From Bugula neritina (taxonomy: Eukaryota; Animalia; Bryozoa): a stretch of 64,000 nt of DNA. This document shows, piece by piece, positions 46,893 through 59,200 of this stretch; position 1 is the first letter of the stretch, and the number at the start of each line of letters is the position of its first letter. The stretch spans positions 3,194,741-3,258,740 of the forward strand of contig OZ037768.1 in assembly GCA_964035545.1 (NCBI GenBank), in the 5' to 3' direction. Position numbers and translations under genes: made by a program. A model generated the notes under the pieces. The model was not told the DNA's origin. It searched no databases and worked only from the letters and a program-made list of their open reading frames with translations.

Positions 46893-49800
46893 CTTTAGAT
46901 TTCCTCTCTTTTCAATCAAGGGATGAGACTTTGAATTTGCTTGTGAAATTTAGCTGTTCTTCAAAAGAAATGAATAAAAGCCTATCAGAAGACAGGCTGG
47001 TGTAGGTATCAGTGTAAGTTACCAAGTGTACTGGAAAAGTAAATAATACAGAACTCAGTCACGGAGTTCTTTGCTGATTTTTGATGCCACTTTGCACTAA
47101 GATTTTGACCTCAGAAGAAGTGCTGTTGACCTATCAATGTGCACGTGACAGCTGTACTTGGATATCAGACACTGATTCATTCTCAAAATATAAATTCATG
47201 TTTGTTTAACCACCTCACAGCTGCAGGTGTGTTAAAACCTTCATTAAGTTACAAAAAAACAGTTTTTTAACTGTTGCCTGAGGTTGAAAAATGATAATCA
47301 AAACAATCTTTTATTTTGCCAATTTTGCTTCAGCCACAAGTTTTAGTAGAAATTAATTTAAAGGTGTGATTTTCAGTCATTTTCACTCAATTATAACTTT
47401 TGGGGATACATTTTGTTTTCAAAGGCATCAAATAGTGATTAATCGAGTCATATTTCACTATTATAGAAAATGATTTTCCGATTCAATACAATTTCAATTA
47501 GTTTCAGAGAAATTAACTGAAACTGGGCGCTTTTTAAGTGAAGGTTATAAAATGCATGCCTTAGAACTACGCTATGGTATTTCTCAACTGGTAATTTAAA
47601 GTTTTTCCATTGAGAAATTGACCAGCATAGTAAAGATTAGATAAGAAACTATGTTCAACATATCACATAAAGTAAATATTTTCTAAACTTTATCTCTTAC
47701 ATGTATTATATACGAGATATGTGTATTGTGACATGACAGGAAGTGTATTTGCATTACATCTTGTCGATATAGAGAATAAGGCATTTTAGGCATGGCCATT
47801 TTGCTTGTAAAAGTTTAAACATTATAAAAGCATGATATCATTTAATATATATTTAGGCTACTATATGTAGTAGTTTGAAAATGTTGGTTTTTTTATTAGA
47901 AGCCTAAAGATACAAAATGACTCATTTGTAATGTAAATGTCAGAGATTGGTATGTGTTGGTGAAAACTGGACAAATCTATTGATTGATCTGAGGTTGCTA
48001 ACATTTCAAAGGCATGTTTTCAGATGTTTTCCTGGTTAAATTTGGGTCAAACTTTCTCTATTAATTATTTAATCAGAAATTGATTAACTGACAGAAATGA
48101 TTGAATTTCCACCTACATAAATGCATTTTTAGCAACATAATATAATATAGCTATTTCATCTTGTCTGGTGGAACACCTGCATTCATAGTTTAATGGTATT
48201 TCAGCATACCAGTGACTTGCATTGCGTAATACCAAACATGAAGGTCAAATAAAGTTGACATCTTTTTATCTCCTGCTAATAACTAGTGCCATTTGAGCCA
48301 TAAACAATAATATCACGGTTTTCTTTAAATCAAAAGAAATTCTTGCAATCATTCTTCATTCAATGTAAAAACGCTTTTAGCTATCAAATTCAATATTCAC
48401 ACACTTTCTGACACACCACAAACACAGATAGGTGTGCATCTATTATCATAAATAATCTCAATGAATAAATATTTTATGACCAATGGGTTATGAACGAACG
48501 GAACATACATTTCTTTCACACACTGCAGACCTAGCAACAACTTAAGTTACTTAAACTGTAGCAAACTGTTAAGATTCCTGTGAGTGATGAGTCATGATTT
48601 TAAGGTCTCACATGCCTATAAAAACTCTGTTTGGTATAGAGATGTAAATTTTTGCTTAGTTTGAGTTAATTATAGCTTTTGGTTTGTTTTTCAAGTTTGG
48701 GACGAAATTTTTAATAAAGTAAGACAATTTTTCATTCTACAGAAGTACGGCTATTAAAAACCTGCAGTTTTGTGCTCACTTAACAAAATTAGAACTAGTT
48801 CAAAACATGAGCACCTATTTGCTATATTATTATATCTACTGTAACAATACTTGGAAAGATGAGAAAATCATTTCTTAATAGCTTACCTTTTACTTTTGTT
48901 AAATATTGTGAGTCAGCTCCAAAATGCAGTGAAGAAGTATTTATCTTTAATGCTTGTTTTTAGGAAGTCTAAAAGCACTGAATTGTCAAAGTGTTGTATG
49001 TCATTTATATACGGCTGTAATGTACACATAATAAGCAAAAATTATGCAAATGCCAAGTAACTATTCTATTCTCAAGGTTCAATTTATCACACCAATGTCC
49101 GAAGACAGCCTATAGTTAACTCGTGATAAGCTGACTACTGTAATAATCCAATAACAACACACCTCTGTAGTACGAATCTCATGTTCCACCAATAACTATG
49201 CTGGACTATATAAATGTCAACTCATACAAGGTTCTCCCTAGATTAAAATATGGGCACTAAAATAAAATATTTTAACTAGCAAATTTAATATGTAATGATT
49301 ATATAACTTTTACTTACTACATTATTGAAAAACTATCAAAAATTTTATTCACTTACAAATAAAATATTAATCTCAAATTTTTTATTTGTGAGTTGAATTT
49401 AAAAAAGGCTACTTAATTCAAAAACACAACATCTTTTTAACAGACACGCATAATAACTGCTAAAATATAAGTAGCGTTACTCTTTTAGTTACAACTGGTC
49501 AACTTTTGTCAATATTACAAAAATTCGCATAAGATATACACAAAGATACGGCGTGTCCGGTGCGTTATGAGATACCATGGCTATTTACACACCAATTTCA
49601 TTCATAATTAATCTAGGGAGAACACTCAACGGGCCGCTAGCTAGAAGTGATAATGAAGCTAATTATCAAGACTGGCGTGTATACATAAACATCCCTGTAA
49701 ATAATTTTAATCAAAGTGTCAGTTTTCAGGCAGCCATTTATTATGCGTTTCTGTTTAATTTTGTAACATTAGATAACCAGTCTCTAAAACGTCTGTGGGC

Positions 49801-50528
49801 TTGTGTTGGGAGAAACTCGTTAACATTTGTAGCCCATTGTATTCATATAGTGGACACAGCTATGTACAATACAAAGACATTCTTAGCCTGATTAAATACT
49901 TCCAACTTATATTATATTTATTTGTTTGCAGGTTCAAACTTACTATTTAGAAAAAACAAAACTTCATTCTTGATTCCATCAATTCCAGAAATCAATTCCA
50001 TGTATAAATGAAAATATATTCTTATAATATTTATTAGTCAAACTCTAAAATAGTCAAAAATATCTAATCAACAGCATAAACCCATAATTCTATTTAAGAT
50101 GGATAAAAGTTGAATCAGAATGTACAACTACAATGTAAGTAAGACTAGTACAGTAAAAGAGCAGAAAGTCACAAGATAGTCAAGGTATAATATGAGTCCC
50201 TCATCTAGTCTATGTCCTCCAACCAGGTTGTCAAGTGCTCCCAGTTCAGGATTTATCAGTTACCTATTGCTTGAAAAAATATAACAGTAGATAAAAAATA
50301 TATCTATGTTTAAAATATGGATGTGTTCCAATAAAATGAGAACAGGTTATATTGGGACTAAACTCTCTAAACATGTGCTAGCTTAATTTCACTCCTCTAT
50401 TAAATGCAAATAGTGTGATACTACTAATACAATCCAGAATATTTCAGTTACTCCCAAATTTAATAAGCTTGATTGGGTGAGACTTTATGAACTAAATAGA
50501 ATATACCATATAATATAAATTAAAGGGA

Positions 50529-50715
50529 GGAGCCGTGGTCTAGGGGTTAGAGTGTTTGCTTAGTAAACACAAAGTCATGGGTTCAAACCGACAAAGGTGA
50601 TGTTAGGAAGAGCATCCAGTCATAATTGCTCCTGTGCCTCATCTTAATAAGTTCTTATAGCCTGATTTAGCAAAAACTCTCTCCACCAGGGGTTTCTCAC
50701 AGGGATGGTGACTAT
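50529..50715 (+). mobile_element. tRNA-derived SINE, possibly with a V-domain-like core
   Basis: Pol III A box (TGGTCTAGGGG) and B box (GGTTCAAACC at about 50580), but no acceptor-stem closure. Followed by AGGAAGAGCATCCAGTCATAA, which resembles the AGGAAGGGCATCCRGCCGTAA core of V-SINEs. The 3' end is approximate. Confidence 0.65.
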
Positions 50716-51769
50716 ATAATTTGATGATTATATAATATAAATTATGTGAGTGGTTCATTACATGTGAAAGGAGAAGATAACTCTTCCATAAACAGATAAT
50801 ATAATAAAATGGCATTTTCAGCAATATGTTCTATAGAGATAGAAAACTTTAGATGGTTTGTTCATAGCATTTGATTGCAATACACTCTTATATTTGACAT
50901 ATAGCTCATCTTTTACTCATTATTTGAACTGCAGCAACAGTTATCTCACCCTAAATTTGAAAAAATAGCAAACTGAGTTATAACTATATGAAACTACTAA
51001 TTTTTTTTACATCTTGCAGTTTATGGTTATGTAGAATTTTACAACATTAACCTGCAGTGAAATCTTACCATTACTTGCAGATGAACATGGTGCTTTCAAA
51101 TTCTGTAGTGCAATAAAATTTATCTAAAAAAATTTTACTCATTTGTACAATATGTAACATAATTATAATATATCATGTAAAGCTGTTTATGGGTTTATAG
51201 CAATGGTATTAGCCTATTGCCAAATTAAAGTTCAGCTGACACACTGAATTTGAAGGAAGATCTTGCACAAGCAGGAAGACAGGCCCTAATTTTGTGCAGC
51301 TCTCATGTAGTCAACATGCTGCATGAGCAAACTCATGGAGAATATCTGCAAAAAGATTGCAAAGTGTGTGATAAGACTTCTACTTTGTGAAGATATATCT
51401 ACATTATCTAATTACATGTATATATAATAGTATTATAAAACTTGAAGTTATATAGTTATATCTCCCAGATATTCTGCATATTTTTATATTGATGTAAGCT
51501 AGATATAATAGTTGGCGTAGTGTGGTTGTTGTATTGCTTATAGTACACACTAAACTTTGCTCATTATTAACCACTAAATAAATTTAATTTTAGGCTGTAT
51601 AAAATGGAAGCATCATTGTCTAGCTGCAAAAACGAAAAACTAGACTTGAGATTTGACCAATAAACAGTAAGTATTGTACTTTCTAGCCAGTTATAGGCAA
51701 GATATTTTTTAACGTTATCGGTTTCGTGAATTGCTCTTAGGCTACGCTTTTTCACGTGTTGGCTTTCTA

Positions 51770-52900
51770 TGTTCAAGTAAACTAAAACTGTGAGTCTCAG
51801 TCTGAATGATTTTATCACATTCACTTTGACTTTACTTTCAGTTTCATGCGAAAAATAAGGTTAATTTTAATTTTTGTTAAGAGCTTATCTGGTTGGTAAT
51901 ATTAAATTTGATCCCTAATTTCCAAACTATCACTATGGTATTACTATTAGTATTAGTATTACTATTAGTATTAGTATTACTATTACTTATTACTATTAGT
52001 ATTAGATTTACTTTTAGTAATACTAATAGTAATAGTTATAGTATTACTATTAGTATTAATATTACTATTACTATTACTATTAGTATTACTATTACTGTTA
52101 AGTATTAAGTATTACTATTAGTATTAGTATTAGATTTTGTTTATCTTTAAGTTTATCTTAAAGTTAATCTTGATTTTAAACTTAAAGTTAAAGTTAATAC
52201 TTTAACTTTAAGTTTAACTGTTTAGGTCTAGGTCTAGGTCTAGGTAACTCAAGAACCTTTAGATCCCGATGCCGGGCAAAAGAAGGTCGTCATATCGTAA
52301 AAAAGACTTGAATTTAAAGTTAAACTTTAAAGTTAATAGTAATGTAAATATTATTTATATTAAAGTTCAAGTTAAACTTACATAGAAAATTAGTTTGATG
52401 AAAATTCACTCTCAAGAGGCTTGCTGAGGCTGCTGTTAAAGAGTTTTACTCTTACTCTTAGTCTGAGTCTTGGACTTGGGTTGAAAAAAGTCCAGCTCAC
52501 TTTAACGTTAAGTTTTAGTTTAGCTCTAAAGTCTAAAAGTTGAATATGACATTTTTTTTACAAAAACCAATAGTATTAGTTGTAATACCAATACTAATAG
52601 TAGTACTAATTGACAACTGTAAATAACAATCATGGCAATAATTTCAATGATATGATAATCATTACATTTACTCATACTGATAGTGATACTGATTACTCTT
52701 AATGTTACAGTTACACTTACTCATAGGACATAGTTATTAGTTATCAAATTCAATGATAATGATTATCACATTTACTGGCTGTCACTACGACCAAATCCAA
52801 GTCAACTGTAAATACTAATAGCGATTGTAGATCTATTATGTAGATTATTATGAGTATGATTATCTTAAATATTAATATTGGTACGTAATAGTTATAGAGC
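51770..52900. repeat. Degenerate 6-bp-periodic AT-rich tract upstream of NOM1
   Basis: ATTACT ATTAGT ATTAGT ATTACT runs; AAACTT AAAGTT AAAGTT; (TAGGTC)3; TTTACT CTTACT CTTAGT CTGAGT; GATAGT GATACT. Confidence 0.85.
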
Positions 52901-53281
52901 GAGTATCATTGTAATTATAATTGTTCCTTATGATACAAGTTCAAAAATCAAATGATCTAAAGGAAAAATATTGAACCAACTTCTACCGCAGTACGATCCA
53001 AAGAGTACTGTACAGTATATTTCAATTCAATTGCTATGGTGAAGCGTTGTTTTGTATGTGCAACGTATGGGTAGGCTCAGTCGGTTCTTTGCAAACAAGC
53101 TTTAACAGTTCAAAAGTCGGTGCATTCTCATCAAATAACTTTGGTGTGAGTTTATCATAAATATGTGCTTGGTAAATTTTTCAGGTTCATCATTTGGTCT
53201 TAGTGTTGGTTTAATTGAAAATGTGTCAATAAATTTTATGAGTTTGTATTTATAGTTAAGGTTTTTTTTAGCGAAGTTGAC

Positions 53282-56200
53282 ATGAAAATGGATACCAGAA
53301 AGCTAGCAGGTAATAAAAGGCCACCAGAAGATAACATAGCTGCTCCAGCTAGTAAGCGAAAAAATGAAAATGAGAGCACAATTTTCAGACCAAAAGGCAA
53401 ACTTGAAAAAGTTAAAGATTTGCTGCCTATTGGTATGAACATTTCAAGAAAAGCGCTTCGGAAGGAAATGAGGCAGATTAAGAAGGCTAGACGTCACGCT
53501 CATTATACTAGACAGACTGTGAGTTGTAGTGCATTGAGTTTTGTTACGATATTTGATGTTTCAGTGTTATTAATATTGGCTACTTTTATTGTAATCAGAT
53601 GCCGACACTACAAAGCAAGTTGACGAAGCAGTATGATGAACAGTTGGCCAAACAGGAAGCTGCCAAACTGGCTCGAGAAAAGCTAGAAAAGAAAAGACAA
53701 AAGAATGCTGCTAAGCGTCTTGCTAGAGAGGTTTGTTTTAAATGTTTTCAACATTTTTCTGAGTCGCTTACATTTTCTTACGATATCTTACCTGGGAGTT
53801 GTATAGGTTCTTTCATCAGTTGAAAGGAAATAAATTCAATGTTTATTGGAATTATTGTTTTTTGTACTCAAGCATTTCATTTAGACCTTATTTTTATACT
53901 GTTAGGAATCTGGTTAGCAAGAAAGTGTTGCATAGAAACATGATTTTGAAAATTGAAATTTATGCCTAATCTGTTAGACTGGCAAGTTTAAAGTAATTCA
54001 AGTTGGTGTGTTTTGATAGTTGTAATATAAATAAAATTATTCTGTAAGTTTTTCAGACAGAGCTGTTATTTAAAAGGTGTTCTTTTGTAAAGTTATTGTA
54101 AAATTTGTTTGCAATGAGTGACGGCCAATTATTTTATATTTTAGTTAGTAAAATCAAACCCTAATGTCTGAAACGAAGTGTAATAAATTAGAAAATGTAA
54201 CCGATTTTAACCATTTATGCCTTTTATGTACTATCAACAGATTGTGTTTTAATTGGATTTATGCTCGCTATACTTGATGGAAATGCTGCTATTTTTGTTG
54301 AAATTTTCTAGATGTCTTTGTTCATTGTGAATTTCACTAGGAGCGGAAAAAAGCATATGAAAAAGCAGAGAAGCTTCGCATAGAAAAGGAGGAAGAGGAA
54401 AGGAGAATAGTGTTTGAGGAAAACCGAGAAATCAAAGAGCTGGAAAAGCAACTCCATATGAACAAGAGAAAGAGCAAATCATTGCCCAAGAAGTTTGTAG
54501 AGGAAGGCCTGGATTGTATCTTTTATTTTTCAATATTGAAGTATAACACCAAATGCTGGAATTATGTAGTTATGCGATTTAGAGAGCAATTTCAATGGCA
54601 CTTCATCTAATGACCTGTTGTATTAATGAACTATATGAACTGCCATCATGCTCTACTATTTAAAATTGAGTGGAGAAAGCATTATTTTACCTCTAAAGGA
54701 TTTTTAATAGCTAAGATGGCTGAGTAGTCGAATAAATATTGTAATAGTGTTGTTTAGGCGTTTATTTATGATTTTATTTCAAGCACATTAAACTATCTTA
54801 ACATAGAACTAGATATTCTTGATGCCATTGATCCGGAAAAGGTTAACGAGACTCTAGGAAAGGATGACGAGCAGCATGTCTGGACTGCTGCTGATTCAGG
54901 TGATGAAGATGGTGAGAATCTATCAGATATAGAAGAGGTATCTGAAGATGAAATGGGCTCGGGTGATGAGGAATCAGATTATGAGGATATAGAATCAGGT
55001 GATGAGGATATAGAATCAGGTGATGAGGATATAGGATCAGGTGATGAGGATATGGAATCAGGTGCTGAGGATGTAGGATCAGGTGATGAAGATGTAGAAT
55101 CAGGTGATGAGGATGTAGGATCAGGTGATGAGGATATGGAATCAGGTGCTGAGGATGTAGAATCAGGTGATGAAATGGAATCAGATGAAGGTCAGCTATT
55201 ATCTGGTAATGACGAGATCGCATCAGATGACGAGCAGAGTGAATTAGATGGAAGTGAAATGGTGTCTGATGCCAATAATGAAAGCTGTGGTTCTGAGGGT
55301 AAGATAAGTAGCAACTCAGTTTCGTTGCTTTCTAAATATGTGGCATTGTAGTGTACATTTTACTTGATTTCTATATCTACACTGATTATACGTAGCATAT
55401 TGTGTACTCAGAATTAGTCTATCATTGCCTAATGTCTGTTCATAGTAGATTCTGATGGTGAAGATACAAACCTGGAAGCCAAGGATGGACAGGTAAGTCT
55501 TTATTATCTTACTTTGGTTTATGCGACTTCTGGAAATATAGATTAACTCTCAAACCATTTTCCTTTCAACTATTGACCGTAATGTTCTGACACATAGCTT
55601 GTAGGCTATTTCTTTAAGGTGAGTGCAGAACTGCAGTTTTTCAATAGCCAGAGTTCTAAAGTATATTTGTGGCATGATAAGTCGTCTGCCTATGATATAA
55701 AGTAAACACACTCCAAACCCAAACACCAAATAAAATATTAATAACCCAAGCTAAGTGAAAATTTACTATATGTTTTCATTAACAGACATTTCTGTCTGCA
55801 GATAACAACTCTTTTTGTCTCTGTGTTGATTTTCTTGGAAATAGGGTTATTATTCTACGCTGCAGTTTTCAATCTTTCTCAGTTATGCTCGTGTGTAATG
55901 AAATTAATTAATTATAATTAAAATTTAGATTAGTGATTTGATTTTATTCAAATAATCAATAGTGTTTAATCTTTCTTTACCTGTTTGCTTTTAGAACTCG
56001 TTGAAAGAAGACATCTATGGTAGACTGAGAGACTCATCTGGCAATGTGGTTACGGGCGGTACATATGTGCCACCCGCTCGCAGAAGGGAACTACTGGAAG
56101 GAGCTGATGAGTCCACGGCTAGACAGCTGAGACTTGATAAACTGAAGAAGCAACTGAAAGGACAGCTGAATAGGTTTACATTGAGTGTTATTCCATGAGG

Positions 56201-59200
56201 CACGCAGTTCTAACTTGTGTTTATGTCTAATAGGTGTATTCTATTCTGCCAACTCATTACATGTGTATGGTTGTAGACTGAGTGAGCACAATATGGTGTC
56301 TATATCCAAGTACGTGGAGACGCTGTACCGGGAGAACAGCCGAGCCGACATGAACACCTGTCTGCAACACCTGGTTGTAGAGTCTGCTCTCACAGATATC
56401 ATGACACCAGAGAGACTCTCCATGGAACTGGCCATGCTTATCGCTCTTCTACACAACAACATTGGCACTGAGATAGGTTGGCCATACTCTGACTATATAA
56501 TACGCATTATATAAGCTCCACTGGTACTTTAGACACTCTACTTTGTTGTTTTGTGTGCATTTAGGGGCCACGTTCCTGGAAGTCCTTTCCGAGATGTTCA
56601 ACTCGCTTCACTCTAAGGCTAATGAGGATAACTCCAAAAAAATTCATAATGTTACAAGTTTTCTCTGCCACCTTTACAGCTTTCAGGTAAATTTTGACTA
56701 ATTATATCTGCCTGTGCAGGTAAAAACTTAAATTATAAATGTTGTTGCCAACCACAATACTATCTAGTCGATTGAATGAAATCTTTTATTTTGGTATCAA
56801 TTCTCCGTCACTGTTGCATCATCTATAAACAATTTTGATTTTTTAATCAAACAAATAGTTGTTAGAAAGTTTCTTATGGGGTGCCATTGCTCTCTCTCTA
56901 TAATATGATTGGGTAGACCGCTGTAACGCTGTAACGCTGTGGCTATGCACTCTGTTTTCTTCAATTTAGTCCTGCAATTAACTCTGCATGATTTCTATAG
57001 GTGACCCACTCCGTGCTTATAGTTGACATGATGAATGAACTAATAGATTCGTTCCGAGATGTTGACATTGAGCTAATACTGATCATGCTCAGAAGTAAGT
57101 CTAGTGTGATGTCATTGTGAAATTACTTGCTCTGTGTAATAAATAAACTTGTCTGAAACAATCTCATTGGTCAAGTCTGTAATTGTTTAAATTTGTTGCA
57201 GGCGTTGGATTTACATTGAAAAAAGAGGATTCGGGAGCCCTTAAAGAACTGATATTCAAGACTCAGAAAAAAGCTAATGATGCCGATATTGATAGTTACA
57301 CTGATAAGTATGTGATTGTGATATGGAAGTAATAAGGAGCGTTTATAGACAGTATCTCACTGTATTATAGACAGTATCTCACTGTATTATAGACAGTATC
57401 TCACTGTATTATAGACAGTATCTCACTGTGTTATAGACAGTATCTCACTGTGTTATAGACAGTGTATCACTATATCTCACACACATATCTATATTTATCA
57501 TCTCTCGCTTAATTTCTCACCCTCTGTTATTATTTAGAATCAAATGTTTTTGCTGGCTGAAAGTTTCATCTTCAGAGTCATTGAAGTTTTTATAAGCTTA
57601 AGAATCTCAAATGAAATGTCTCCTTGTACACATAATTATGATTTATAGGTCACGGGTGAAGTTTATGTTGGAGGTTGTTCTAGCCATAAAGAATAACAAC
57701 ATAAGAAAGATTCCCAACTATGATACGTCCCACATGGACCACCTGAGGAAACTGCTCAAGGGTTTCGTAAAAGGTATCAGCGGTTATCTGGTCCGCAGGC
57801 CACACCTGCTGAAGCTGTGTGTGCCTGCATGCTGCCGAGCAGCAAAGTTTGGCTTTGATTTTGTTGTTTTGTAATTCTAAAGACAATTAGTATGATATGA
57901 ATTGGCGGTCGCAGTCAGATTATATTGTTTAAATATCTCTGTAGTACAACTAACTGCGTTATTATACAACTATATTCTAAATATATTTGAAGTGGCATTG
58001 TATAATACACTGCATATGAAACATGACTCATAAATATTTATTTCGTGGTGTTTGTAGGTGGGACTTTGGCAACAGGACAGCTTAGAATTACTTACAGAGA
58101 TCTTTTAAGTGCAAAAAATAAAGGTAAATGGTGGGTTGTGGGATCAGCATGGGAAGGGTCACAAGCCGCCCCCAACTTATCATCTATTAACACGACAGTG
58201 TCTCAGTCTAAAGTGTCCAACAAATTCTCTAACAATTTACTGGAATTGGCTCGCAAGCAGAGAATGAATACAGATACAAGGAGAAATATCTTCTGCACAA
58301 TGATGTCTGCGGAGGTGAGACTATACTGTGTAACCATGGTAACTGTGATAGCTACTGTAGCCATAGCAACAGTGTTACTATGGTAGTTGTGCAAGCATGG
58401 TAAGTGTGTAGTTATGGTAACAGTGCAACTAAAGTAGCAGTGTAACTATAGTAACTGTGTAACTAGTAACTGTGCATTAAATGTCCTTTCTTTGTTGACT
58501 GATTAGGACATTACTTGCATGTCTGTAGGATTTCATGGATGCTTTTGAGAAGCTATTAAAGCTGGGACTGAACACGAAACAGGAGAGGGAGATAATCACA
58601 GTTGCTGTAGAGTGCTGTGCTAATGAAACGGTGTATAATGCGTACTATACTCACTTGCTTAATAAGTTTATATCTTATCACAGACGATTTTTGGTAAGTG
58701 ACACAGTATTTGATGGTAATTGTTTTATGATATGCTTCCACTTCTTGTTTAATAATCTGGAATCACTAGCCTACAGATTTTCGGCATACAAAAACCAGGA
58801 GCGTTTAGACAATAATAGAGAAGAGACCTTTCACCTTTGTTAATTAATGAAGTGTCATTCTTGAGCTTTCTTAATTCAAGTTATATTTGATTTTATGTGT
58901 TATACATGCTTTTGGCTATCATTACTTAAAAAAGTAATTAGCACAAATGTTGTTGCCACTTGAAAAAAGCAGTGAATATTTTGTTTTATAAAATATATTT
59001 ATTTCAGAGAAACATTTCTGACCAGTAAAAATTACTAGAGCAATTCTGCAATTTGACCACAATCAACCATCTCTTACAATGTCTAGATATGATTTGAGTA
59101 CAAATTGAAAGAATTTTGTCAACTAAACATCACCAACTGGGAATCCTTTAAAACCAATATATTGGTTACAATGTCTAGATATGATTTGAGTACAAATTGA

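Noticed and set aside
49577-49891. 104-aa ORF in the APCDD1-NOM1 interval
   Set aside because: No recognisable domain or exon chain; likely a chance ORF
50529-50600. Functional tRNA gene
   Set aside because: No 3' complement to the GGAGCCG acceptor strand and the T-stem is broken; better explained as a SINE head
51893-52108. 71-aa hydrophobic ORF (LVLVL/ITISIT)
   Set aside because: Translation of the periodic low-complexity tract, with no splice or homology support; the same applies to 14533..14748 and 20843..21034
57105-57165. Intronic C/D box snoRNA (GTGATGT...CTGA) in NOM1
   Set aside because: Imperfect C box, too short, negligible terminal stem and no recognisable rRNA guide
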